A stretch of 64,000 nucleotides of DNA, from assembly GCA_965220215.1 (NCBI GenBank), contig OZ244809.1, positions 858,580 through 922,579 on the forward strand. The letters run 5' to 3'. Of the stretch, positions 1 to 9,237 are shown in pieces (position 1 is the first letter of the stretch; each line of letters opens with the position of its first letter). The notes below the pieces were generated by a model that saw only the letters and a program-made list of their open reading frames with translations, made no database searches and was not told where the DNA came from. Origin of the DNA: Dehalococcoidia bacterium. GTDB lineage: Bacteria > Chloroflexota > Dehalococcoidia > SHYD01. Both the position numbers and the translations under genes were made by a program.

Positions 1-620
1 TCCTGCCCGCCACTCTTGAAAACGTCACCCTTACGGCAGAGATGGCCGACGCGCAGACGGTGCGCGGAGAGCACCTCATCGGAGAAACACATCGCCCCAT
101 CTCGCGGGTCTCCCTAGACCCGCCGAACGCGACGCCATACCCGGACGCTATCCGAGCCATTCTAGATGCGGAATTAGTGGTCCTGGGCCCCGGCAGCGTG
201 TTTACCAGCGTCCTCCCCAACCTGCTGGTGAATGGCATTCCCCAGGCCATCCGAGACTCAAAAGCCACCAAGGTCTACGTGTGCAACGTAGCCACCCAGC
301 CGGGCGAGACGGATGGCTTTGACGCGGAGCAACACGCCGAGACGCTGGTGCGGCACGTGGGTCCCGGCATCTTTGACTACTTTCTAGTACACGACGTGGC
401 GAAGCATCCCGTGCCTTCCGATGGACTCGCCCGTCCGGTGCTCGTTTCCAAGCGCGCCCTCCCTGACGTCTCGGTTATACTAGAGAATATGATCAGCAAA
501 GACTCACCCTTGCGCCACGATTCGCAGAAGCTTAGCATCGCCTTGATGCAACTTCTGCAGAAGGGCCCGGCGCTCAGCTCCGATCCAGAGCCGGAGCTTG
601 TGAGCATCCGTGGCCGTTAG
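1..620 (+). CDS. yvcK: YvcK/CofD-like UPF0052 protein (gluconeogenesis factor family), C-terminal part. The gene starts upstream of the window.
   Basis: The reading frame stays open back to base 3, upstream of the listed ATG. The motif LVVLGPGSVFTSVLPNLLV...KVYVCNVATQPGETDGF is typical of the YvcK C-terminus. Confidence 0.6.
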   Translation, partial: LPATLENVTLTAEMADAQTVRGEHLIGETHRPISRVSLDPPNATPYPDAIRAILDAELVVLGPGSVFTSVLPNLLVNGIPQAIRDSKATKVYVCNVATQPGETDGFDAEQHAETLVRHVGPGIFDYFLVHDVAKHPVPSDGLARPVLVSKRALPDVSVILENMISKDSPLRHDSQKLSIALMQLLQKGPALSSDPEPELVSIRGR

Positions 621-657
621 CAAACACAAGAAACTCCAATACTAAGAAAGCAAGCTC

Positions 658-882
658 ATGAAGATTACTCTCGAAGTCCTACAGATTGTTCTATCCATCA
701 TCTTGATTGCGGTAATCCTGCTGCAAAGCAGGGGCACCGGATTCGGAGGCGCGTTCGGCACCCAGGGAGCCATGTTCCGCACCCGTCGCGGTCTAGAGGA
801 GTACCTCTTCCGCGGCACCGTGATCTTAGCGGCTATCTTTGTTGTGGTCTCACTCATAAGCGCGCGGGCGGGCGGCGGCTAG
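658..882 (+). CDS. secG: Preprotein translocase subunit SecG
   Basis: 74 aa, two TM segments, and an LLQ..G.GGAFG glycine-rich SecG signature. Confidence 0.75.
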   Translation: MKITLEVLQIVLSIILIAVILLQSRGTGFGGAFGTQGAMFRTRRGLEEYLFRGTVILAAIFVVVSLISARAGGG

Positions 883-920
883 CCGACCGCGTATTAGCAT
901 CCTTTTCTCCGTAGTCCAGG

Positions 921-2564
921 ATGGCCAGAAGACGCAGTAGTATTCCTGTTGTTCCCATTCTCTTACTTGGGATACTGCTCGCACTCTCCTCAGGAGTGCT
1001 GCTGTTCTTTTTTTATACAAAAGAAGTGCCAAGCCCGGGAGGCGTCTATCACGAAGGGATAGCGGGCAGTCCCATGCACCTGAATCCCCTCCTTGCCTCC
1101 TTTAATGAAACTGACCAGGACCTCACCAGCCTGCTCTTCTCTGGCCTCACCAGAGTCGACCAGCATGGCAGGGTAGCCCCAGACCTGGCTTCCGAATGGG
1201 AGAGCAGCGCAGACGCCACTACCTACACCTTCAAGCTTCGGGAAGACGCCCTCTGGCACGACAGCCGGCCGGTGCGTGTGGAAGACATTCTCTTCTCCAT
1301 CAGGCTCATACAGAGCCCAGACTTCCCAGGCGATCCTGAGCTCGCTGCGTTATGGCAGCAGGTAAAAGCGGAGAAAGTAGATGACCAGACGTTGCGCTTG
1401 GTGGTGGAGCAGCCATTTGCCCCGCTCTTAACGTACACCAGCCTCGGCATCCTGCCCCAGCACCTGTATGACGGCATTGCTCAAGAAGACATGACCGACG
1501 CTCTGAAAGCTCCCACGCCCGTAGGCAGCGGGCCTTTCCGACTCAAGGAAGCCAACTTAGCGCAAGTGGTCATGGAAGCCAACCCGGACTCTTACTTAGG
1601 CCGTCCGTTCTTAGATGAGATCCGGTTTTCCTTCATGCGGGACGACCAAGCCCTCGCGGCAGCCCTCAACACGCTGGAAGTGGAGGGTGGACTGCTGCGC
1701 CCCTCGGTTGGGCGAGAAACCATCGAGCGCGTGCGTCAAAATGAAGCGCTAACCCTCTACGCGGTGCCTCGCGCCAGCTATACTGTCCTCTTCATCAACA
1801 CCAACAATCCCATCTTTCAACCAAAGGCCATGCGTCAAGCCATCGCTTACAGCCTGGACCGCCAGCTCCTGGTGAACCAAACCGTCAGCGGCCTGGGCTT
1901 GGTTGCCAACAGCCCGCTCCCCTTCAACTCTTGGGCCCATCAAGCGAACGCAGACTGGTACCCCTACGATCCGGTCAAGGCGGGGGAACTCTTTGACCAA
2001 GAAGGCTGGAGAACCGATGCAAGCGGGCTACGAATGAAAGATGGCCAGCCCCTAAAATTCACTCTGTACACCAACGATGACCTTCTGCGGGTAGCCACCG
2101 GGGAAGAGCTGGCCCGGCAACTGAAGGCCGTAGGCCTCCAACCGGACTTTGCCTACAGCGGGCCTTCCGGGCTGCTGCAGAACTTCTTGCTCCCCAGGCG
2201 TTACGAAACCATCATCTACGGCATCGATCCGGGGGTGGATCCGGACCCATACCCCCTCTGGCATAGCTCCCAGGCAGGAGGAGAAGGGCTTAACGTCTCC
2301 ACCATCGATAACCCAGAGATGGACGGCCTGCTGCAGCGGGGACGTAGTACTACAGACATGGACGAACGTGAAGCGCTCTATGACCAATTCCAGACGCTCT
2401 TCAAGGAAGAAGTGCCCAGCATTCCCCTCTATCACCCGCTCTACACCTACGCGGTAGACCAAAGCGTCCGCGGCATTGGTCTAGCAGGACTCTTTGCGCC
2501 CAGCTCTCGGTTCTATAATGTGAGGGACTGGTACAAAGAAACCCAACGAGTCTGGGGTCGCTGA
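921..2564 (+). CDS. ABC transporter substrate-binding protein, family 5 (Dpp/Opp/Nik-like), with an N-terminal signal anchor
   Basis: 547 aa with an N-terminal hydrophobic anchor. Sequence and length match the SBP_bac_5 fold. No permease or ATPase gene is adjacent. Confidence 0.7.
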   Translation: MARRRSSIPVVPILLLGILLALSSGVLLFFFYTKEVPSPGGVYHEGIAGSPMHLNPLLASFNETDQDLTSLLFSGLTRVDQHGRVAPDLASEWESSADATTYTFKLREDALWHDSRPVRVEDILFSIRLIQSPDFPGDPELAALWQQVKAEKVDDQTLRLVVEQPFAPLLTYTSLGILPQHLYDGIAQEDMTDALKAPTPVGSGPFRLKEANLAQVVMEANPDSYLGRPFLDEIRFSFMRDDQALAAALNTLEVEGGLLRPSVGRETIERVRQNEALTLYAVPRASYTVLFINTNNPIFQPKAMRQAIAYSLDRQLLVNQTVSGLGLVANSPLPFNSWAHQANADWYPYDPVKAGELFDQEGWRTDASGLRMKDGQPLKFTLYTNDDLLRVATGEELARQLKAVGLQPDFAYSGPSGLLQNFLLPRRYETIIYGIDPGVDPDPYPLWHSSQAGGEGLNVSTIDNPEMDGLLQRGRSTTDMDEREALYDQFQTLFKEEVPSIPLYHPLYTYAVDQSVRGIGLAGLFAPSSRFYNVRDWYKETQRVWGR

Positions 2565-2589
2565 CCCCTCCCACCAAGCGCGAGACGAG

Positions 2590-3438
2590 ATGCCTGGCCT
2601 AATAACACTGCTGACCGACTTTGGGCTTGAGGACAGCTACGTGGCCGCGATGAAGGGTGTGCTGCTACAGCGTAACCCCGCTGCAACCATCGTAGACATC
2701 ACGCACACGATCCCGCCACAGGACATCTTCTTAGCAGCGTTCACCCTAGGCACTGCCCACTCCGCGTTTCCGGAGGGCACAATCCATGTGGTTGTGGTCG
2801 ACCCGGAAGTAGGCACAGAACGCCGGGCGTTGCTGCTGCGTACGCCCCACGCCATCTTTCTTGCGCCGGATAACGGCGTCCTGGCTTTTGTACTCAACAC
2901 CTACGGGGCCATCGTTACCAACGTTGTACCTCAGCAAAGCCCCCACGGGCCCCCGCCTACTTCTGAGGTAGCGACACCGCCGCCTCTGGAAGCGTGGGAG
3001 ATCACTAACCAGGACCTGTTCAGAACACCGGTAAGCCATACCTTCCACGGGCGCGACATCTTTGCGCCGGTGGCCGCCGCCTTGAGCAAAGGACTGCAAC
3101 CGGAGGAAGTGGGCCCGCGCGTAGTAACCGTCCGCACCTTTGCCCTGCCGCACCCGCGCAAGGATGCCCAGGGCAACCTTATCGGCACCGTGCTCCACGT
3201 TGACCAGTTTGGGAACTTGATCAGTAACCTGCGGGTCACGGACATTCCCCAGACTTCAGCTACCTTCCATATCGCAGGGCGCGACGTTGGCGGCTTACGC
3301 GCGACGTATGCCGAGGGCGATGAACTCATGGCTATCGAAGGCAGCAGCGGCTATATCGAAGTGGCCGCTCGCAATGGCAGCGCCGCCCAGAAGCTAGGCG
3401 TGGGACGCGGCACCCGGCTCCATGTGACCGGGCGCTGA
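2590..3438 (+). CDS. SAM hydroxide adenosyltransferase family protein (DUF62, fluorinase/chlorinase-like fold)
   Basis: The N-terminal ITLLTDFGLEDSYVAAMKGV motif and a length of about 280 aa are characteristic of PF01887. Confidence 0.7.
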   Translation: MPGLITLLTDFGLEDSYVAAMKGVLLQRNPAATIVDITHTIPPQDIFLAAFTLGTAHSAFPEGTIHVVVVDPEVGTERRALLLRTPHAIFLAPDNGVLAFVLNTYGAIVTNVVPQQSPHGPPPTSEVATPPPLEAWEITNQDLFRTPVSHTFHGRDIFAPVAAALSKGLQPEEVGPRVVTVRTFALPHPRKDAQGNLIGTVLHVDQFGNLISNLRVTDIPQTSATFHIAGRDVGGLRATYAEGDELMAIEGSSGYIEVAARNGSAAQKLGVGRGTRLHVTGR

Positions 3439-3439
3439 A

Positions 3440-4438
3440 CTACCGGACACCGCCCAGCTGCGCGCGATGCCGCCAGCGCCACCAGACGCCAGCCGGATAG
3501 CCCAGCATCTTTGCCACATCGCCTGCTACCCTAAGCACGGGAGCCAGCGCGCAGGCGGCCAGCCGCTTGTGCCAAGGCAGCGCTCCAAGCCAGGGCCACA
3601 GCCTGCGGTAGGGCTGGTAACAATAGCCCACAACGCCTACCGCCAACAGTGCCCACAGCAACGGCGCGCCGAAGGCTCCCCAAAAAAGCAGCAAGCCTGC
3701 TAGATACGAGCCGTAGCGGATCAGGTGCCGCTTTAACCACAAGTCCGCCTTGCCGTCACCGCGAGCGTAGTGGTAGTACTGACGAAAGAATGCCCAAAGG
3801 GACGTGCGGGGCTGGTAGCGCGCCTCCGCCAGCGGCGCCCAGACAAAGCGCACTCCCAAGGAGCGCAGCCGCAGGTCAAAGACGAGGTCTTCACCATAGT
3901 CCAGCCAGTCGGGGTAGCCACCCGCCGCTTCCCAGGCCGCCTTGGTGAAAGCCACCGAGCGGCTGGAGGGCAGGAAGCTCGCGGGGTTAATCTCCTCGAG
4001 TGCGGGGAGGGTGGTTGCGCCAAGGGTTAGCTCAAACAACGTGGTTGGAGCGGCGCGGAAGAAGCCTGCCACCGCTTGCGTCTCCTCAGACTCAAAGGGC
4101 CGTAGCAGCTCCTCTAGCCAGCGCAGCGGGAGCTGCACGCCGGCATCCGTCACCGCGATAATCTCGCCCGTTGCCTCGGCGATGGCGCTGTTGCGGCCTT
4201 GTGCAATCGTTGTGCCGGGCTCTTGGAACATGCGCAGTGGTAGGTTGCCTTCATGCTGCTGAAGCAGCTCCCAGGAGCCATCCACGCTTCCGCCGTCCAC
4301 GAGGACTATCTCATCAGGCGGCGTCGACTGCTGTTCCAAAGAGTCCAGCAGCGTAGGTAGCGACTGCGCCTCATTCAAGACCGTTACGATGACCGATACG
4401 CGCACGGGATCGCTCTTCACGCCGGCTACCAGCGCCAC
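3440..4438 (-). CDS. Family 2 glycosyltransferase with a C-terminal multi-TM extension
   Basis: VSVIVTVLNEAQSLPTLLDSL...EIVLVDGGSVDGS is a GT-A fold DxD-type N-terminus. The C-terminus is hydrophobic. Confidence 0.75.
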   Translation of the reverse strand: MALVAGVKSDPVRVSVIVTVLNEAQSLPTLLDSLEQQSTPPDEIVLVDGGSVDGSWELLQQHEGNLPLRMFQEPGTTIAQGRNSAIAEATGEIIAVTDAGVQLPLRWLEELLRPFESEETQAVAGFFRAAPTTLFELTLGATTLPALEEINPASFLPSSRSVAFTKAAWEAAGGYPDWLDYGEDLVFDLRLRSLGVRFVWAPLAEARYQPRTSLWAFFRQYYHYARGDGKADLWLKRHLIRYGSYLAGLLLFWGAFGAPLLWALLAVGVVGYCYQPYRRLWPWLGALPWHKRLAACALAPVLRVAGDVAKMLGYPAGVWWRWRHRAQLGGVR

Positions 4439-6159
4439 CGAGACGCGGTAGCTACCCCTAAACCTATCGCAAGGGCGCTGCCTAGAAGCAACGCCGCGGC
4501 GGCTCCCTGTTGAGGCAGGAAGCCTCTTTGCGCCGTCACGATAAAGCCGTCCACAACTACGTCGCCGCCGTCCAGGGTGGTCATCACCACTCGATGGTAG
4601 TCATCGGGAAGACCGCTTGCCAGGGACAACAGGACTTCTCGTTCCGACTCAGACGCTTGCAACGTCTGGACGCCCGCGACTCCCGGCAACCCGTCAATCG
4701 TCGCTGCAAAGGTCCCGCCGGCGGGGCCGCGGGCGGTCACCAGCGTAACTGCTGTGCCCTTAAACCAGAAGGAGATGGCATTCCCCGCTTCGCTGGCTAG
4801 CCGGTAGCCGTCCGGGTGCGCGGGCGGGAGACCCTGCCACTGCTGTTCCTGCCAGCCTTCCGAGTATTGTATCCCCCAGTGGTCCTCCTGCCGCCAGCCA
4901 TAGTGGAGCACCGCTGGCGATGAGGTGACCTCCTTGAGGGCATCGTATACCGGGCGAAGTGTGAAGTCCGGATCTACTAACCGGAAATAAAAGTCCTCGT
5001 GCTGGCGGGCAGCGTCATCCACTTTACGAAAGTGCCAGTAGAAGACTACGCCCACCCAGGGCCACTCCTGCTGGATACGCTCCAACCCGGCCCTTGTATA
5101 GCGCGCCTGCTGCTGCTCCGTAACCCTCCCATGATGGGCGGGTTCGTGGAAGTCCAGGGGTACCGCGTCCCATCCAAACTCCGAAATCCAAATAGCCTTG
5201 TGGGCATCGCCGTTGCGCACCATGACCTCGCGGGTGAGCTGCACCCGCGAGAGGTTCGCTTGGCTGGCCTCCGCGCGACGGTCGCCAGGGCCCGTCCACA
5301 AGCCATACCCCTGCGCAGCCATAATGTCAAAGTAGTCCTGTGCGCCGGCCTGATACATCGCCGCTAGGTAATCGAGGTCGTTCACGTTCAGACCATCCGG
5401 CGTGCCTAATGTGGGGGCAAGCGCCGCAGCAATAATCATAACCTCTGGGTCGACTGACTTGACCCGCTGGTACGCAATTTTCAGAAGCTCTACATACTCC
5501 GCAGCTACCGGCGCACGGCCCCACTCCAGCACGGTGTTCGGTTCGTTCCAGATCTGGTAGTGCTTGATGCGCCCTTTGTAACGCGCCGCCAGTGCGGCAA
5601 CAAAGTCGCCGTAGTCGTTATAGTCATCGGGCGGCGCTCGCACCACGGAGTTGTCTTGGCGGCTCCAGAAGGGCGGGAAGTCGGGGCGAGCCACGATCTG
5701 CAGACCATACTCCTCTGCCAATCGGACGATGCGGTCGTAATGCTCCCATGTATCGCCGAAAGGCCCCACGAACTGCCCCTTCCCCGTCCACTCGATGCGG
5801 TCCCAAGGGAACTCCTGCCTGATCCAAAGGACGCCGGCCTCCCGCAGCAACTCCATGCTGCGACGAAGCTTCTCTTCCTCCACTTCCTGCTCAAAAAAGG
5901 TGGACGCGCCAAAAGGGTAGACGCCGGTGTGGCTCACAGGAGTCAGGTCTTGGGTGACGGGCTGCCGTAGCAGCGCCAAGCGCACCAGCGCCTTCATTTG
6001 AGATACAAACTCAGTCTGACCGGTCTGCTCCTCCAGCCAGCTTGTGGCGTTCTCCCGCGGTGAGCACGCAGGCACGGCCAAACAGAGCGCAAGCAAGAAC
6101 GCAATGAGTGGACGGCTAATCAGAGGGCCTCTTGCCAGAGCGGTTCCCAAGTTGTTCAT
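4426..6159 (-). CDS. GH5-family (clan GH-A) glycoside hydrolase with an N-terminal signal/lipoprotein sequence and a C-terminal hydrophobic tail. Probable glycan-processing hydrolase of the locus.
   Basis: IWNEPN provides the acid/base Glu and ISEFGW the nucleophile Glu. The N-terminus is MNNLG...LCLAVPACS and the C-terminus is AAALLLGSALAIGLGVATASRWRW. Confidence 0.65.
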   Translation of the reverse strand: MNNLGTALARGPLISRPLIAFLLALCLAVPACSPRENATSWLEEQTGQTEFVSQMKALVRLALLRQPVTQDLTPVSHTGVYPFGASTFFEQEVEEEKLRRSMELLREAGVLWIRQEFPWDRIEWTGKGQFVGPFGDTWEHYDRIVRLAEEYGLQIVARPDFPPFWSRQDNSVVRAPPDDYNDYGDFVAALAARYKGRIKHYQIWNEPNTVLEWGRAPVAAEYVELLKIAYQRVKSVDPEVMIIAAALAPTLGTPDGLNVNDLDYLAAMYQAGAQDYFDIMAAQGYGLWTGPGDRRAEASQANLSRVQLTREVMVRNGDAHKAIWISEFGWDAVPLDFHEPAHHGRVTEQQQARYTRAGLERIQQEWPWVGVVFYWHFRKVDDAARQHEDFYFRLVDPDFTLRPVYDALKEVTSSPAVLHYGWRQEDHWGIQYSEGWQEQQWQGLPPAHPDGYRLASEAGNAISFWFKGTAVTLVTARGPAGGTFAATIDGLPGVAGVQTLQASESEREVLLSLASGLPDDYHRVVMTTLDGGDVVVDGFIVTAQRGFLPQQGAAAALLLGSALAIGLGVATASRWRW

Positions 6160-7384
6160 AGAAAGACTCCAGCGCCGGCATGCGCTGCGACCAATCGGTA
6201 GTCCGCGCCAACGCGCGCGCCTGCTGCCCTAACCGTTGCGCCAGATCCACATCCTTGAGCAGGCGGATGGCAGCATTGGAGAAGTCCTCTGGCGCATCCG
6301 CTACCTCTCCGTGAACCCCGTGCTGAAAGGGAATCCCAGACGCCCCCATAGTGGTGGTCACTATGGGCAACGCACTGGCCATGGCTTGGAGCAGCTTCAG
6401 CCGGGTGCCGCCGCCAAAGCGCATGGGCAGGACAAAGAGGTCGGCCCGCTGGAAATAGGGAAGGTCATCCGTAACCTCTCCGGTGACCGTGACGTGACTG
6501 CCTGCCAACAGGCGCACCTCACTGGTGGGTTGGCGACCCATCACCACCAGGCGCGCGTCTGGAACTGCCCGCAACACTTCTGGCAGAGCGTGGCGGACAA
6601 ACCAGTGCACCGCATCAGTGTTCGGACGGTAGTCCATGGTGCCGGTGAAGAGGAGCACTTTGTCCTGTGGGGCAATCTCCGCCGGAAGCGCGGAGGAAGC
6701 AACCATCTCACCCGGCGCGTAGCGCGCGGTATCCGCACCGTTGGGCACCACACTGATGGGCGCTTGGGAACCCAGGCGCTCCAGCGCCGCCTTATCCTCC
6801 TCGGAAGTAGCCAGGATGCCTGCGACCTGCTTGCTCACGGCGGCCTCGTAGAAACGCAGCTTCTTGGCCTGCACCCAGCTATAGGCTGCCCGCGGCCAGT
6901 CGAGCGGCTCCTCCCGTGCGGCCTGAGAGGCGCGCTCCTGCAAGAGATACTCTGCGTTCAATGCGTCCAGAACTATCGCGGCTCCGTCCAGGTCGCCCTC
7001 TAGCTCTTCGAGCGGGAAGAGCGACGCCGCAGCCTCCAGACCGACAACGTGGATGAGGTCGAAGCGCCGCTCACGGAGGATACGGCGCAGTGCAGACCGC
7101 AGCGGTGGTTGCCGCATGCGCAGCACCAGGTCCGGCGTGCGGGAGGTCGCGATAGCGAGCGCGCGCTGCCCTATGCCGTCGTTGTGCGCGTATGGGACAC
7201 CCGTGATACTCCTACACCTCTCGGACAGCGCCTCCTTTATCGTAAGCTCTTCCCTTACCGTGGCCGGGCAGAGCAAGTGGACGTTGTGGCCCTCTCCCAG
7301 TAGCCGCATGAAGTGATAGGCCCGCAGGCCGGCGCCGCCGCTGGTGGGCAAGGGTGGCGCAGCCGTAATGAAGAGTAGATTCAT
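6116..7384 (-). CDS. Family 4 glycosyltransferase (GT-B)
   Basis: Carries the C-terminal GT4/GT1 motif GGTRLKLLQAMASALPIVTT. Confidence 0.7.
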   Translation of the reverse strand: MNLLFITAAPPLPTSGGAGLRAYHFMRLLGEGHNVHLLCPATVREELTIKEALSERCRSITGVPYAHNDGIGQRALAIATSRTPDLVLRMRQPPLRSALRRILRERRFDLIHVVGLEAAASLFPLEELEGDLDGAAIVLDALNAEYLLQERASQAAREEPLDWPRAAYSWVQAKKLRFYEAAVSKQVAGILATSEEDKAALERLGSQAPISVVPNGADTARYAPGEMVASSALPAEIAPQDKVLLFTGTMDYRPNTDAVHWFVRHALPEVLRAVPDARLVVMGRQPTSEVRLLAGSHVTVTGEVTDDLPYFQRADLFVLPMRFGGGTRLKLLQAMASALPIVTTTMGASGIPFQHGVHGEVADAPEDFSNAAIRLLKDVDLAQRLGQQARALARTTDWSQRMPALESFYEQLGNRSGKRPSD

Positions 7385-8487
7385 TGGAGCGCCGCCTTCT
7401 CGTACACCGCCAACGTGCGGCGGGCTGTCTCTTCCCAGCGGTAGAGGGCCGCGCGCTGTAAGCCCGCTTCGCGCAACTGGCAGCTTAGCGCTTCATCGCA
7501 TTGCAGGCGGGTAAGATGCTCGCTCAACGCCGCGGGGTCTGCGGGATCGAAGTAGAGGGGCGCGTCCCCCAGCACTTCTTGCAGCGCGGCCGCGGTGGAG
7601 CTGATAACCGGCGTACCGCAAGCCATCGCCTCAAGGGGTGGCAGCCCGAAGCCCTCGTACCAGGAGGGGTAAACCAGCGCCCAGGCCGCGTTGTAGAGCA
7701 GGCGCAGCTCGTCCCTGGAGGCAGGGCCATAAAAGATAGTTCGCGCGCTCAAGCCTAAACGCTCCGCCAAACCTTCGCCCTCCTCTGCGCGCCAGCCGTT
7801 GCCGCCAACCAGCACCAAGGTCTGTCCCCGTTCTTCTAGCTGGGCTTGCGCCAGGGCTTCCAGCAGGCATTCCAGGTTCTTGCGCGGCTCAATAGTGCTC
7901 ACCCACAGGATGAACCGCTCTGGCAGATCGTGCGCGCGGCAGAACGCCGCGACAGCTTCGCCGTCATCAAGCGGACGATAGGATGGATCGACGCCGTGGT
8001 GCACCACGTCTATGCGCTCTGGCGCTGCGCCCAGCATCTCCACCATGTCCCGCTTAGTGCTCTCCGAAACCGCGATAACCCCCTCAGCGGAGGCAACCGC
8101 CTTGTCTACCTGGCCGTAGTATCGTAGCGCGTCCTCCGGCTTGGTCTCGGGATAGCGCAGGAAGGCCAGGTCGTGGACGGTGATTACGGCGGGAACTTTC
8201 CGGCGCAGGGGAGGTATGAAGTCCGGGCTGTGCAGGACGTCCAGCGGCAACCGCGCCAGCTCCACCGGGAGCGTCCACTGCTCTAGGCGGTGATGGGGCG
8301 GCGTCCACAGTGTACGCCGCTGCGCGCCGGATGGAGCTGATGACGTCTCGAATCCTTTGCGGCTCTGGAGCAGATAGTAGCTATGCTGTGGCTCTAGATT
8401 CCCCAGGGCGGCCACCAACTCCTGGACGTAGGTGCTTATCCCGCCCCGCTGGTAGGGCACCAGCCGCGCGTCTATGCCTATCCGCAT
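7381..8487 (-). CDS. Family 4 glycosyltransferase (GT-B)
   Basis: Carries the [21 protein letters not shown] motif. Its stop overlaps the start of the next gene (coupling). Confidence 0.75.
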   Translation of the reverse strand: MRIGIDARLVPYQRGGISTYVQELVAALGNLEPQHSYYLLQSRKGFETSSAPSGAQRRTLWTPPHHRLEQWTLPVELARLPLDVLHSPDFIPPLRRKVPAVITVHDLAFLRYPETKPEDALRYYGQVDKAVASAEGVIAVSESTKRDMVEMLGAAPERIDVVHHGVDPSYRPLDDGEAVAAFCRAHDLPERFILWVSTIEPRKNLECLLEALAQAQLEERGQTLVLVGGNGWRAEEGEGLAERLGLSARTIFYGPASRDELRLLYNAAWALVYPSWYEGFGLPPLEAMACGTPVISSTAAALQEVLGDAPLYFDPADPAALSEHLTRLQCDEALSCQLREAGLQRAALYRWEETARRTLAVYEKAALQ

Positions 8488-8521
8488 TCCTGAACTCGTG
8501 AACGTTATCCTGTGCCACCTG

Positions 8522-9097
8522 CTAGTTGGGCGTCAGGATGACCGGCACTGATACTAGGTCCTCCTCGGAACCGTCCATGACGCTCTCGCTGAACACCTCG
8601 ATGGTGCCATTCTGGCGGCCTCCAGTCAGCGTGAAGGAAATAGCGGCGGTGTAGTCGCCGCGTAACGGCGCGCCCCAAGTGGCCGTAGTGAAGTCTCTGC
8701 CAATAACCTGCCCCTGGGCGTTGCGCACCCTAATCTGCACGTTGGCTTCAAAGACCATAGCGGTGCCCTGCACCCGCGCGGGGCTGCGCACCTGGGCCCT
8801 GGCCTTGGGCAGGCTCACGGTGATATTGGCGTCTGCGTTAGGGATGGGCGTCGCAGTAGCCAGAGTCGGGCTGGCGACCACGGTCACGCTGACGGTTGCG
8901 GTCGGCGTTGGGGTTGGGGTTGGGGTAGGCGATGTAGGGGTAGGGGTAGGGGTCGCGCTCGCACTCGGTGTGGCATCGCTGGTCGGCGCAGTGTCACTGC
9001 TTGGCGCGGCGGGTAAGCAAGCCATTACGGTGGGCATCATCACCATTGCCGTTGTTCCTACCAGAGATCGAAAATGTAGTGTATGCACTGGGTACAT
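8522..9097 (-). CDS. Secreted or lipoprotein with a Pro/Thr-rich linker and a C-terminal Gmad2/GerMN-like Ig domain
   Basis: The probable start is the ATG at 9097 (MYPVHTLHFRSLVGTTAMVMMPTVMAC, a lipobox-like signal). The TTG at 9145 is less likely. A (PT)n linker is followed by a Gmad2-like C-terminal domain (VSLP...VFEANVQIRVRNAQGQVIG...). Confidence 0.55.
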   Translation of the reverse strand: MYPVHTLHFRSLVGTTAMVMMPTVMACLPAAPSSDTAPTSDATPSASATPTPTPTSPTPTPTPTPTATVSVTVVASPTLATATPIPNADANITVSLPKARAQVRSPARVQGTAMVFEANVQIRVRNAQGQVIGRDFTTATWGAPLRGDYTAAISFTLTGGRQNGTIEVFSESVMDGSEEDLVSVPVILTPN

Positions 9098-9237
9098 CTG
9101 CCCTGCTCTGTCGCTCAATCGAAGAAAAGGTATGTACAATAACAAACGGGAGCATCGTTGTTCACGCCCCCTCGGACACGTATTTTAACCCACTTTCAGG
9201 GCAGGCGTTTCATTCCCGCCCCGCAGGAGCCAACAAA

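Noticed and set aside
8968-9237. 5' extension of the listed 338-aa ORF upstream of rsmG
   Set aside because: It overlaps the Gmad2/PT-linker gene on the opposite strand. The RsmG homology only begins near 9238, where a GGAG motif and a CTG start are present.
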